A stretch of DNA of 64,000 nucleotides, taken from the NCBI GenBank assembly GCA_051294375.1, contig CM119265.1, positions 5,565,696 through 5,629,695 of the forward strand, given 5' to 3'. Each line of letters starts with the position of its first letter. Position 1 is the stretch's first letter. The position numbers and the translations under genes were made by a program. The DNA is from Paraspadella gotoi (lineage: Eukaryota; Animalia; Chaetognatha). This document shows, one piece after another, positions 51,851-64,000 of this stretch. The notes under the pieces are model-generated. The model had not been told where the DNA came from. It did no database searches and saw only the letters and a list, made by a program, of their open reading frames with translations.

Positions 51851-52578
51851 CACGCCTCCCAACTTGCTTCTCGATGTCTGTTTTTCNNNNNNNNNNNNNN
51901 NNNNNNNNNNNNNNNNNNNNNNNNNNNNNNNNNNNNNNTTTTTTTTATCCTCTAGGAGAAAAGCGATCCTGACGAATTGACTTTTTCGAGGAGTTGATGT
52001 CTTATTCGCTCTAATCTGGAATTCACGTCTGGATGAGAGCGAGAAAAATTCCGCGAAAATGGTTATTGCCATCATTACCGCCAACTTCCTCGTGTGTGTA
52101 TGGCTCAAATATTCATGAGGCTAATTTAAAAACGATGTCGAGGAAAAAAAAAATTTGGGGGGGAGTGTGAAGGCGAAACCAGAGATAAAAGGATCGAGAT
52201 GAAGTTTTCATGCAAATACATTTTATTTTCTTCAGTTTTTTTTTTTTTTTTTTTTGTATAGAAGGGGAGAAAATGCCGCTCAAGGCTTTGCCCATTAGGT
52301 TTCAGATTCAATTCCTTATTCCTGACTATTTTATTTCATTATCAAATTGTTTTAATCTCATTTTCTGGAAAACTTTGTTTCTCTAGTAAATCCATAAATT
52401 CCATATCATAATTCAATCATAGTTTATAGTTTTAAATACATTGTGATTAAACTTTCTTTCGTTGTGTTTTTAGATATGTTGAAATTAAAGACAAAGTCTT
52501 GGATACAAAGCAACGATTTTATTTTTATTGTTTTAAATACTCAATATTATAGAATAATCTTTCTTTTCGTTGTAAATG

Positions 52579-52780
52579 ATTTAAGAAAAACTAAGTTTTA
52601 TTAGTTCCAAACGAATGTTTTTATTGGGGAAACGACACTGTTTCGGCTTTGGTTTTCAAGGCCTTCTTCAGAAGTGTTCTTCACTGAAGAAGGCTTGAAA
52701 ACCAAAGCCGAACATGTCCCTGTTTTTCACCAATAAAAACAAATTCGTTGAAACTAATAAAACTTTGTTTTTCTCTAAAT
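52579..52780. mobile_element. ~200-bp inverted repeat carrying two divergent hammerhead cores; Penelope-like element pLTR remnant
   Basis: Arms 52579-52671 and 52684-52780 are imperfect reverse complements. Minus strand 52671-52634 reads CTGAAGA-A-GGC..GCC-GAAAC-AGT-GTC. Plus strand 52684-52718 reads CTGAAGA-A-GGC..GCC-GAAC-ATGTC (one A short). Each core is followed by AATAAA. Confidence 0.7.
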
Positions 52781-52812
52781 ACTAATATTTTAGTGTGGGA
52801 ACCCATTTACTT

Positions 52813-52883
<71 letters not shown>

Positions 52884-53052
52884 TACATACGAACACTCTG
52901 TAACGCGATATCGCTCGCGAAAAATCTCGCGACGCTAGAGGCGAATTTTTACGACTTTTCGACGCTCGTCGCTTTTTCGTTATGACCAACAACAAGAGAA
53001 GTAGAATCGACGAAGAAGTTAAAGGTTTTATACCTTCGCCTTTCAAACTTCA

Positions 53053-53087
<35 letters not shown>

Positions 53088-53895
53088 TTTGACTCTTGAA
53101 ATGTCTTTTCCTATTTTGTTTTCGTCGCGTTGCTCACGAGCAAAATAATAACAAATTTGGATTTTTTTTATTTTCGATTTTTATCTTTATCGATTTTAAA
53201 AAACAAAAAAGGGTTTAAATTTTTTTTTTGGGCCGAATTCTTTTATGACCATAACTACATTCACAACTAGAACTATTTCAATGGGGCGTCTAGAAAAAGA
53301 TGAAAACTACTGTACGTGAAAAAGAACCTTTACGTTATGACGATATGTTTGCCGTAAAACAATCTGACGATTTATCTGTCGGAATTCTGACGGTTCCTTG
53401 ACGATTCATTTAATCGAGGAAAAATAAAACAATTAGAGCCAATCTTAAAATATTTCAGTTTTTTATTACGCATGTGGGAATTGGAATTGGAATTGGAATT
53501 GGAGTTCTGGTTTAATACTAAAAGACAATGACGAAAATATACAGTATTGTAACACGAAAATAAAAAGGAGACAAAAAATATCCACTGAAAAATGAGAACC
53601 AAAAACTTCTTTCTGATGTCATGTTTATGGTTTTCTGTCCCCGGATGACACAGACCTCGAGTTTTAAAAAAGGCTTGATTTAAAAGGAGGCAAATCTCTT
53701 CGCTCTGATTGGCCAGAGGGGCTTTCGGACAGAAAGGATAGAGACGGAGAGGGTGAAATAGAATCTTCTCATAAGAGAAGACAGATGAGGGTGAAAGCCT
53801 CTCGTAGTCTCTTTTTCTCTGGATCCTTGGCTTTTCCCGGGGCATTGCATGACGCTTGATTGATGGGGATTTTGTTTCGAACGAGGGAGCGAAGG

Positions 53896-53958
<63 letters not shown>

Positions 53959-55403
53959 GATTTTTTTTCTCTCTCCCGCGCGTGAGCGAAATGATTACCC
54001 AAAGAAAAACCCCGAGTTTTAAAATCAACCATCGCCCGGGGATCCCTAATGAGTTTTACATTTTTTCCCTCCCTTAGTGAAAAAGCGGGGAAACTGAAAT
54101 GTGTTTTTACCGCTGTTTTGTTCTGTAAAAACAATCTCTGTGGGCACAACAACTGTTTTTATATTGACACAAACACAAAAGAGGTTTCAAAAAAGTATCT
54201 TTTTTTTTTGGGAAAGTTTATCACGAGGCTCTAGTGTTTTTCCTCATTTTCCACTCTCTCTCTCTCTCTGTATCTCTCTCTCTCTCTTTATCTATCTCTC
54301 TCTCTCCTTCTCTCTCTCTCCCTCTCTCCCACTCTTCTCTTTCTGATGACTTCTTGTCCCTCCGGTAATTCCCACGACATCGCAACATGCCAAGACGAAG
54401 ATACAAACTTCGACGTGTACTAAAAAGAAAACATTACAAAGAAGAAAAAAATAACAAACAGTAAAGTTGGAACATCTCGCAAGAATTCGCCACCACGTCC
54501 CCTTCCAAAGAGAAAAGGGCGCCGAGGCGAAAAAGCGGCGCGCTTAGGCCGGCGTCAGCGGCGTCGCCTACATAGATTAGACGTGGTTGACGAGTCGAGA
54601 CATTCGGTTTGATTTATGAATGATTTATTGGCTGCCTTGCTATTTGCTAATTCTTGTATCGGCGACCTAAAGAAAGAGAGAGAGAGANNNNNNNNNNNNN
54701 NNNNNNNNNNNNNNNNNNNNNNNNNNNNNNNNNNNNNNNNNNNNNNNNNNNNNNNNNNNNNNNNNNNNNNNNNNNNNNNNNNNNNNNNNNNNNNNAGAGC
54801 GATTACTCCTTTTAGGCTGTGAGAAATGAATGAGGGAATGTATAATATATAATAATAATAAATTGATAAATGGATAAAAACGAATTAGTGTATGAATGGC
54901 CTTGAACTGTGGGTGCGGCTTAAAGCTCTAAAGTTAAATAAAATGAAATGAAATGAATTAATGAATGCAATAATATGTACATTGATCTAAATTTATTCTC
55001 ATCCTGTTATCTGTCTGTCATTTAACAAAAAGATTTAAAAAAACCGACGAACGCAGAAAGACTGACATCTCGGAAAAACTGACACAAATTTAAAATGGTC
55101 CCACGTAAATTCGCAAAATCGCTACACAAACTAAAGATTCGATCGCCGACATTGGGTATCAGCTCAATACGGCGGCGGCGCGGCGGCGCGGCGGCGACAC
55201 GGCGGCGGAACCTTCCCCGCTGCTTTCCCTGCTTGCATTGTTACCGGTTTTTCTCTGTTTGGAACCAATCTGCTTTCTTCTCGGGGTCGCGATTTTTTTT
55301 TNNNNNNNNNNNNNNNNNNNNNNNNNTGGCGAAAAAAAATGGTTTAAAGTTTAGTTATTTTCTATATAAATATATAAAAAGTTAAGTATTTTTTTCCCTG
55401 TCC

Positions 55404-55488
55404 AGGGAGCACCCGGATTCTTGGAACCAGCGGACCTTTCGAATCTGCCAGGGTCGAATAGCTCCTACCGCTGAGGCTATACCTTCCC
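55404..55488 (-). pseudogene. Degenerate tRNA-Cys copy (noisy inverted mirror of 60170-60241)
   Basis: The reverse complement reads GGGAAGGTATAGCCTCAGCGGTAGGAGCTATTCGACCC...GGTTCCAAGAATCCGGGTGCTCCCT and has the same flanks as the intact gene. Confidence 0.7.
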
Positions 55489-55662
55489 ATATGCATTACG
55501 TTCTTCCTGTTTGAGTTCCATATAATAAATTTTATTACTTTTTTTTTAAGTTCTGTTATTGCGGGATCATGGTGACCCAACCCATTTGCTGGTAGTAAAA
55601 AATTATTAAAAGTTAAAACTTAACTAAATTATTTTTTATTTTTAAAATTTGCCAATCCTTCC

Positions 55663-55746
55663 AGGCTAGCCACCCGGAATTTGAACAGACAGGGACCTCG
55701 CTCGATTCTGCAGGTCGAATGCCTCCTACCGCCTGAGTATACTCCC
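55663..55746 (-). pseudogene. Degenerate tRNA-Cys copy (inverted mirror of 59932-60015)
   Basis: Reverse complement of 59932-60015, carrying the same insertions. Confidence 0.7.
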
Positions 55747-58605
55747 TCCCTGCCAGAGTGTTTCATTATATTTTATTTCCTTTTTTTTTAAGTTTGTTGA
55801 TTCCAGTGACCCAACCCAATTGCTGGGAGAGGAGGTGTAGAAAAAAAATAAAAAAGTGACTATCAAATTGAAAAATCAACCCGGCCGTTTGACTATCACA
55901 TCGGAATTTAGTCGTTTTTCTTTTATATCTTCCTCATGCGGCCCTTGCCGCCAGTCCCTTAGATTTGATGTTTTTTCCTGTCTTAAACAATATGAGCAAC
56001 CAAACTATATGCAAGAAAATGAGCATTTTTTACCGAAGTAGGACTGACCCACGGACAGACATAACCGAATGGAGCCGACGCGAGCCGACAAAGGACTTAT
56101 AAAGTTGCTCCGCAGGATGGAAGTACTCGAGTACTCGAGTTTTACTCTAAAAATGCGAGAAACCTGAGCGCCGTAATATTTTGGGTTTGGGGCGGAAAAA
56201 CAAGGAAAAATAAAGAAACGAAACGCTGCCTAGAAAACTTTTTGCTTTATGCGATCCTCGTTTTTGCTGCACCCGTCGTTACTAGCAGGTTTTTTTCCCC
56301 CTTTCTGCCTTCCTCCGCTGCCTTTGATCGACTTCGCTTCCGCCGACGCCCCTGCCGTCGCCCTCCGCCACTTCCGCCACTGCTTCCACCGTCCGCCGCG
56401 TCCGTGCCCGAGTGGAAATTTCTTCGTGTTGTTTCTCATTTCCGGTGGATTGCACTCAGGAGAGAGGAAGAGAGAGAGAGAGAGCAGAGAGAGAGAGAGA
56501 CGAGAATTCAGAACCTTGACGAGAAGAGGAGATGAGGACGACTGAGAGAGAGACACCAAGCAGCAGAGGAGAGAGAGACGAGAGAAGAGAGAGAGATGAG
56601 AGAAAGAGAAGAGAGAGATGAGAAAGATGAGACGTGGTGTCGCGAGAGTTACGAATGAATTGAACATTCGTTAGGAGAACATCGAAGAAGTGACACGTAG
56701 TGGATATTCTGGTCAGAGCCAGCTCGGAGAAAGAGAGAAGACCCGTGAAAGAGAGCCGAGAGTGACTAGTGAGAGTTGATGGATCGCCGTCAAGAGAGCG
56801 AAAGACCTTGCCGTATTTGAAAATAAAGTTCTCTCTCCTTCCGTACTACAGTACGTTTAAGAGAAGTGTTCGCGCTTTTTTATTTGTTTAATAATTATTC
56901 TAATATTATCAAACAAAGTTTTAACTTAGTTGAGAGATTTTTCTGTTGTGTACCTTACGTATTAGTTACGATAGTAGGGTTGGCAGTTGAAAATTCAGGA
57001 GAAAATGCGCGACTAGTCAACTAATTTATTTTTTTTTAATAAATACAATTACACGTATAACTAATTATATATTTATATACTATATACACTATATTACTAC
57101 ATTCTACTTATTACTACTATTTCATCTACGCGAAATTGGTTTTGCACTTACGTTATTTTGATCATAATATAATTCATAATTCTTACACAATAGCTCGCAA
57201 AAACAAGCAGTCAAACCCCATAAGAAAACAGTCCAGAGAGATAAACAAGAAAAGTGCTACGAATCGCTCGAAATGGCTGACCATCGGAACTCAGCGGTAA
57301 TGGTCTATTTGGTTTTTTTTTTCTCGCTGTGCGCTTTTGATCTGATCTATTTGATACACGCTCGTGTCATTAATCATATTTTAAAATCGAGGCAGTCTGG
57401 ACCGAAAAAACATCTGTAACTCTTTTCTACACGAGATCCTCTCGAGAAACCCATAACAGTCTTTCTCTCTCCATCACCGCATTCTCACTCCCTCCTCTTC
57501 TTTCTTTCACTCTCTTCGTGAATTATCCTTCCGTAAAAATCAATTACTTCATTAACCATCCCAATTATCCCATATTCTATTATTTTCTCAGACCTTTTTA
57601 TTTTTTTACCTCCTTTCCCTCATCTTGCTTGTACTCCTTCTTACTTCTACCCCGGTTTGCTTTACCCATTCTGCGAATTATTTTTTTTTTCTTTTTTCCT
57701 CCCATTCTTTATTAATTCTTCCCCCCAGCTGTCTCTTTTTCTTGCATCCACCCAACTACATTTTTCCCCCACCCCTAATCCACCTTTCGAAACGACCGTT
57801 CCGGTTCTTCCCATACGCCAGCCCCCCCCAATCTTTCCACCCCTCCCGTTCCATCCCCTACATTTTCCAACCCCTTTCCTCCTTCTCTCATTTTTCCCAT
57901 TTTTTGCAATTTCCAGTTAATTGTATTCCTCTCTGGGTTTGATAAGAACAGGAACCAGGTCTGGGATTTTTGTCTTACGGTATTTCTTCCTTGCTGTATC
58001 TCCTCTTGAACGTGAGGAGAAGGTGGGGGAAAAATGTAGTTGGGTGGGAGCAAGAAAAGAGACAGCTGGGAGGGAAGAATTAAATAAAGATGGGAGGAAA
58101 AAAGAAAAAAAAATAATTCGCAGAAGGGTAAGAAACAGGGGTAGAAGTAAGAAGGGTACACAAGATGAGGGAAAAGAGGAAAAAAATAAAGGGTCTGAGA
58201 ATAATAAAATGGGATAAATTGGGACTTAAATGAAGTAATTGAATTTCGAGGATATTCACGAAGAGAGTGAAGAGAAAGAAGAGAGGTGAGAATCGGGGAT
58301 GGAGAGAAGAAGACTGTTTGGGTTTCTCGAGAGATCGTTAGAAAAGAGTTACAGATGTTTTTCGGTCCAGACGCCTCCGATTTTAAATGATTATGACACG
58401 AGCGTGTATGCAAAGTCAACGACGCGAGAAAAAAAACCAAATAACCATTACCGTCGCCTCGAGCGATTGTAGCACTTTTCTTGTTTATCTCCTGGACTGT
58501 TTTCTTTTTTGACGTTGTTTTGCGGTATTGTGTAGAATTATGATTATATTATATCAAATACTGTGCAAAACCAATTTCGTAGATGAAATATAGTATAAGT
58601 AGATA

Positions 58606-58643
<38 letters not shown>

Positions 58644-59931
58644 TATGTATTTTAAAAATTAGTTGACGCATTTTCCTTCCTGAATTTTCAACTGCCAACC
58701 CTACTATCGTAACTAATACGTAAGGTACACAACAGAAAAATCTCTCAACTAAGTTAAAACTTTGTTTGATAATATTAGAATAATTATTAAACAAATAAAA
58801 AAGCGCGAACACTTCTCTTAAACGTACTGTAGTACGGAAGGAGAGAGAACTTTATTTTCAAATACGGCAAGGTCTTTCGCTCTCTTGACGGCGATCCATC
58901 AACTCTCACTAGTCACTCTCGGCTCTCTTTCACGGGTCTTCTCTCTTTCTCCGAGCTGGCTCTGACCAGAATATCCACTACGTGTCACTTCTTCGATGTT
59001 CTCCTAACGAATGTTCAATTCATTCGTAACTCTCGCGACACCACGTCTCATCTTTCTCATCTCTCTCTTCTCTTTCTCTCATCTCTCTCTCTTCTCTCGT
59101 CTCTCTCTCCTCTGCTGCTTGGTGTCTCTCTCTCAGTCGTCCTCATCTCCTCTTCTCGTCAAGGTTCTGAATTCTCGTCTCTCTCTCTCTCTGCTCTCTC
59201 TCTCTCTCTTCCTCTCTCCTGAGTGCAATCCACCGGAAATGAGAAACAACACGAAGAAATTTCCACTCGGGCACGGACGCGGCGGACGGTGGAAGCAGTG
59301 GCGGAAGTGGCGGAGGGCGACGGCAGGGGCGTCGGCGGAAGCGAAGTCGATCAAAGGCAGCGGAGGAAGGCAGAAAGGGGGAAAAAAACCTGCTAGTAAC
59401 GACGGGTGCAGCAAAAACGAGGATCGCATAAAGCAAAAAGTTTTCTAGGCAGCGTTTCGTTTCTTTATTTTTCCTTGTTTTTCCGCCCCAAACCCAAAAT
59501 ATTACGGCGCTCAGGTTTCTCGCATTTTTAGAGTAAAACTCGAGTACTCGAGTACTTCCATCCTGCGGAGCAACTTTATAAGTCCTTTGTCGGCTCGCGT
59601 CGGCTCCATTCGGTTATGTCTGTCCGTGGGTCAGTCCTACTTCGGTAAAAAATGCTCATTTTCTTGCATATAGTTTGGTTGCTCATATTGTTTAAGACAG
59701 GAAAAAACATCAAATCTAAGGGACTGGCGGCAAGGGCCGCATGAGGAAGATATAAAAGAAAAACGACTAAATTCCGATGTGATAGTCAAACGGCCGGGTT
59801 GATTTTTCAATTTGATAGTCACTTTTTTATTTTTTTTCTACACCTCCTCTCCCAGCAATTGGGTTGGGTCACTGGAATCAACAAACTTAAAAAAAAAGGA
59901 AATAAAATATAATGAAACACTCTGGCAGGGA

Positions 59932-60015
59932 GGGAGTATACTCAGGCGGTAGGAGGCATTCGACCTGCAGAATCGAGCGAGGTCCCTGTCTGTTCAAATT
60001 CCGGGTGGCTAGCCT
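59932..60015 (+). pseudogene. Degenerate tRNA-Cys copy (insertion-riddled)
   Basis: GGGAGTATACTCAGGCGGTAGGAGGCATTCGACCTGCAGAATCGAGCGAGGTCCCTG...TTCAAATTCCGGGTG matches 60170-60241 apart from scattered single-base insertions. Confidence 0.75.
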
Positions 60016-60169
60016 GGAAGGATATGCCATTTAAATAAAAAAATAATTTAGTTAAGTTTTACTTTTATATTTTTTACTAACGCAAATTGGGTTGGGTCAC
60101 TTGATCAACGAACTTAAAAAAAAGAATAAAATTTAATTATACACTCAACAGGAAGAACGTAATGCATAT

Positions 60170-60241
60170 GGGAGTATAGCTCAGCGGTAGAGCATTCGAC
60201 TGCAGATCGAGAGGTCCCTGGTTCAAGTCCGGGTGCTCCCT
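60170..60241 (+). tRNA. tRNA-Cys (anticodon GCA)
   Basis: Sequence GGGAGTATAGCTCAGCGGTAGAGCATTCGACTGCAGATCGAGAGGTCCCTGGTTCAAGTCCGGGTGCTCCCT. It has a 7-bp acceptor stem GGGAGTA/TGCTCCC, D-arm GCTC/GAGC, anticodon loop CT-GCA-GA, T-loop TTCAAGT and the U73 discriminator typical of tRNA-Cys. Length 72 nt, no intron. Confidence 0.95.
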
Positions 60242-61089
60242 GGAAGGGAAAAAAAATACTTAACTTTTATATTTATATAGAAATTAACTAACTTTACATT
60301 TTTTCGCCAGCATAAATCTCCGACAAAGACGAACGCCAACTTTATTCGTTCTTTTTTCAAACTTTAGAGAGAAAGATTTCTTTTTAATTTGCGACTTTAG
60401 TCCAAAGTACATCACCCCTCTTACAAAAACATCTTCGGAATCTAGACGCACCACCACGTCAAGCAAAATACAAAAGAACTGCCTTGAAAAATGATTTGTT
60501 CAATAAGAATCAAAGATAGTTGGCATGAAAAGTAATAAAATAAATTGTATTATTCTATATGAATTGCTTAATACTAAATATTTTTTATTCCTTGTCAAAA
60601 CGATAAAATTTAATAATTTTATATTGCTGTATTTTTTATTATAATGAAAACTTGATATGATATAATCAAGGTTTGAAATAAGAGTCCGTCTTACTTCTAA
60701 AACGCCTTGGGACTAAGTTAAAATGAAACCCTAAAGTAGAAAAAAAACCTAATTAATAAAGTTTTATACAGCTATTATAACAGATCTTATATTCGTATCA
60801 GATTTTAAACAAGTGAACATGTTTCAACTTTTAATTCAAGGTCTTCATCCACACTTATGAATTGTCTAACAAGTTTTTTACGTTCACAAAAAATTGGGAG
60901 AGAGAGGAGAGAAAGGAAGAGAGAGTGAGAATTAGGTGAGAGTAAGGGGAAGAGAGTGAGAGAAGAAAAGAGAGAGAGAAAAATTTTAAACAAAGATTTG
61001 AGAAAAGGATAGAGGTCGAGTGAAGATTGACAGGTAGGTTTAGCCCAGAGAGAGAGAGAGATAGAATATTGAAAAAAAATTTCAACTGT

Positions 61090-61710
61090 TTAAAGAAAAA
61101 TCATTGGAGGGGCCGCCATCCCGAATTTATCAAAAGGATTGGCGTTTCCCTTGAAAGAAGTGGTTTGCATTCCAAAGCGTTTATTTTTCCCACACACCTT
61201 GCTGTTGGTGGGCGAAAGGCTTTAAGAAAAGGAAGGGCTTCCTTGTCCCAGCCACCGAAATGTCTTAACTATTAAGTGGTTGGAAAAGATTCCCTGTGTT
61301 TGACAGAGAGCAAGTTGCTTGCGCATTTTTGGTGGTGGCGGCCCTGAGAAACAATGGCCTCTTGAAGGGGAGAGACGAAAAAGAAACGTCAAAGGCCATT
61401 TTTTGGCCATCAATCCCGTTAGGGATGTAGACGTCCGAGGGCGCCAGATTGGGACCGTGGAACGAGGCCGGCGTTTCTTTTTTTCGAGTTGAGCCTCAGA
61501 ATAATTCTGTCCCGAATTCGATCGTACCCGCGGGCTCACCTAAACTCCCCTGGTCCGTCGTGACCAGTGCACATGGCATGGTCTCCGTGCTACATACCTC
61601 CTTCCACGCGATGCAGTTTCCTGAGCGGCAGGGTCCCGACTGAAAAAAGCGGGATTCCGAGGCGATATCCCATCGCCGCGCAGAAAGAACGAGAGTCGAG
61701 ATGTAGAATT
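61090..61710 (-). mobile_element. Decayed 3' fragment of a CRE-clade (restriction-like endonuclease) non-LTR retrotransposon
   Basis: Reading across frameshifts gives LHLDSRSFCAAMGYRLGIPLF..., HGDHAMC (zinc-knuckle region), (R)YDRIRDRII, RPSDVYIP...MAFDVS...SPLQ and LCQTQGIF..PLIVKTFGGWDKEALPFLK. These match the RPAD/ALDV and PLxVETxGGW motifs of CRE-like RLE domains. Confidence 0.75.
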
Positions 61711-61749
61711 GAGATTAAAAATTAAAAAAAAATAAATAAAAAATCGTGT

Positions 61750-62560
61750 TTTAAATGTGCCATTGGTCCGTTGAATGTCGCTGTCTTTAGTCCTTTATTG
61801 CTTCGACAACAAAAGAACATATCAAGCCATGGCTCGGCGACCACAAGCCTGCGATACCAAAGAAGATATAATATAATTATAATATTAATTATTAATATAA
61901 ATAATTTATAATATAATATATAATATACTTTATAATATAATATAATTATATATTAAAAGTTCAAGCAGAGAAAAGAATGTTTTCATCAATAACACGAGTG
62001 CGCACAAAATTCCTCTTCCTGAATGAAGCCCGCTGGCTGCTCGTCGGCAAGGCCCATGGCTTTCGGATTAGGATTCACGGTAGAGTCATTATGCTCGTTC
62101 GGGTCCAATATAAAATTGTTAATCGAAAACAAAAGCCCTTTGCTTTCTTCGGATTATTTTTAACGTTTAGAATATTAGCCTCGCCTTCCACCTAAAAAAT
62201 GAAAGTAGAGACAACTGTACTTTTGCTAACCATGTATTCAAAATTAGACATTCTTCGTGGGCATGACGTTGGGAAAATTGAGCTAAAAAAGGAGTTCATT
62301 TGTTACCAAAACAAGCAAATCAACGCTTGGAAATTTTTTTACTTTTTTTAGGCTCAATGGATAGAGAAAACATGGGCTTTTCATATAATAAGTCAAAATG
62401 GAGTTTGGTTCTTTCTTATTGAAAGAACGAGCTGGTTTAACGTTTACGTAAGTTACGAAGGGGTCAAACCAGTCAACTTCAAATGGCATTTTAATACATG
62501 AAAAATGAAAATTCCGCTCCGCGCCTCCACCTCGTTGCCCTGCCCAAGACCCTACACTTT
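61750..62560 (-). other. Possible exons of an unidentified minus-strand gene, disrupted by frameshifts or sequence errors
   Basis: Complex coding-like sequence (MPFEVDWFDPFVTYVNVKPARSF..., VEGEANILNVKNNPKKAK...) is bounded by a plausible short intron (GTTAGC...TTTTTAG, ~62231-62192) and an acceptor TCGCAG near 61848. The frame is not continuous. Confidence 0.3.
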
Positions 62561-62692
62561 CAAGAATCTACCCATATTATTACTATTTTAATAAAGGCTT
62601 GACCAGGGATTTTATATAGAATCGATTTCAAGCGGAAACATTGATCCACCCGTCGACCGAAACGACTGGACATCCCCAGATTGAGGAATGGA

Positions 62693-62759
<67 letters not shown>

Positions 62760-62926
62760 GTCGGAGAGATTAGATCAAGATGGAGAAATAAGTCTCTTCG
62801 AAGAGAGCGGGATGGCGGGAAAATTTGTCTGTGAAAAAACGTCCCAAGGATTCGAATGGTAAAGAAAACTAAAAAAAAATAGACAAAAAAGAAGGGAAAG
62901 TAAGAGAGAGAGAGAGAGGAGAGAGC

Positions 62927-62957
<31 letters not shown>

Positions 62958-64000
62958 CGNNNNNNNNNNNNNNNNNNNNNNNNNGGTAAAAGGGGGCAGG
63001 GGAGCGGCGCTGAGGAGGAAGAAATGTGGGCGTGGTCGGACCGAGGGGATAAAGATGGCGGGAAGGGGAGGGACGAAGGACGACGCCCTAAGCTGAAAAG
63101 GCGAAGCGTCGAAAGAAGCGACGCCGAATGTCATTTCGAAGCAATTAAGGGCCGAGCTTCGTTCCGTCCGACTGCGATTGTCAGGAGCAGTGGGTTTTGG
63201 AGTAGCGGGGTAAAGATGAAATTGGAAGATTATAATTTAGCAGAAAATTAAATCAAATCTTTGAACAAGATAAACTTTCATCTCCTAATTATGGTTAACT
63301 TAGTATCGTTTGAAAACAGTCACAGATCGAAATTATAAAACTCCTTAAAAAAGTAGCGGACGGAAAGTAAAAAATAGCCTGAACATTGTATCTTGAGGTG
63401 AAATAGAAGATCGACGTGGATTGAGAATAGGTTTTAATTAGGGTCATCGGTGTCGTTTTTTATGTCATGCATTGTCTTCACAATCAACCCTCTTAGAATC
63501 CTTATCCTCAACCGCTTCCACAACACATCGTCGTCGTCGTCGTCGTCGTCGTCGTCTTCGTCGTCGTCCCCGTCGGCCGGCGTCTTTGCCTCGACTGAAT
63601 TTCCTTTTTGACAAATGGAGAATCGTGTGGAGATCGACGACCTCGAAGTCGACTTTCGATTTCGTCTTCAAAAGCTGTCGCAACCCGACTTCTTCCTCCG
63701 CCCTCCAACCCCTTCTCTTCACCCTTTCGATACACTCGCTCACCCTTTCCCCCTCTCCCCTCATTTCCCTTTCTTTCTACTTTGTTGCCGAATTTCCGCC
63801 TCGCTACATTTTCAGTATTCCTTTGGTTTCTCTTTCACAATTTCGAGATCTCGTTATTGTTATTGTTATTGTTCACGATCCAACCTTTTCCCTCCTCTTC
63901 ATTTTCTTTCTTCCATTCACCACCAAAAAAGGGAAGAATCGTGTGACTCGCGACGATCATTGTTCACGACAGACGGAATACTAAAAACAGAAATTCGGTT

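Larger units (their letters stand above)
55327..60310. repeat. Large inverted repeat: ~2.3-2.4 kb arms with a ~230 bp spacer (~57785-58010)
   Basis: The ORF track shows identical proteins on opposite strands (56230-56667 - equals 59011-59448 +; 55856-56041 + equals 59637-59822 -). Segment 55660-57000 mirrors 58680-60020 apparently exactly, while the inner and outer arm ends are indel-noisy. Confidence 0.9.

Noticed and set aside
34388-54795. ORFs spanning X runs
   Set aside because: They are artefacts of N gaps.
56230-59448. Identical 145-aa ORFs on opposite strands
   Set aside because: They result from the inverted repeat, are partly microsatellite-derived and show no recognisable motif.

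Overview
This is an AT-rich eukaryotic (probably animal) genomic window with spliced genes, dense (GA)n/(CT)n/(GAC)n microsatellites and many N gaps. Almost all ORFs in the supplied track are microsatellite artefacts. Two complete multi-exon genes could be spliced by hand, and they are convergent. The first is a 22-exon, ~952-aa low-complexity protein with no family I recognise (+, 16991-25350). The second is a 10-exon, 639-aa firefly-luciferase/4-coumarate:CoA-ligase-like ANL adenylating enzyme (-, 30805-26358), with an N-terminal extension, no PTS1 and a Tyr-to-Leu change in the YGxTE motif. Non-coding elements include one intact tRNA-Cys(GCA) with three degraded copies, two tRNA-derived SINE-like elements and AT-rich fold-back elements. 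There are also Penelope-type minimal hammerhead ribozyme motifs at three loci, a structured GC-rich intronic RNA candidate, and a decayed CRE-clade non-LTR retrotransposon fragment. The region from 29.7 to 60.3 kb is dominated by an ~8-9 kb tandem duplication, a ~1 kb duplication and a ~5 kb inverted repeat. Their copies carry indel noise typical of unpolished long reads, so these may be assembly artefacts. All calls are by eye; no database searches were run.
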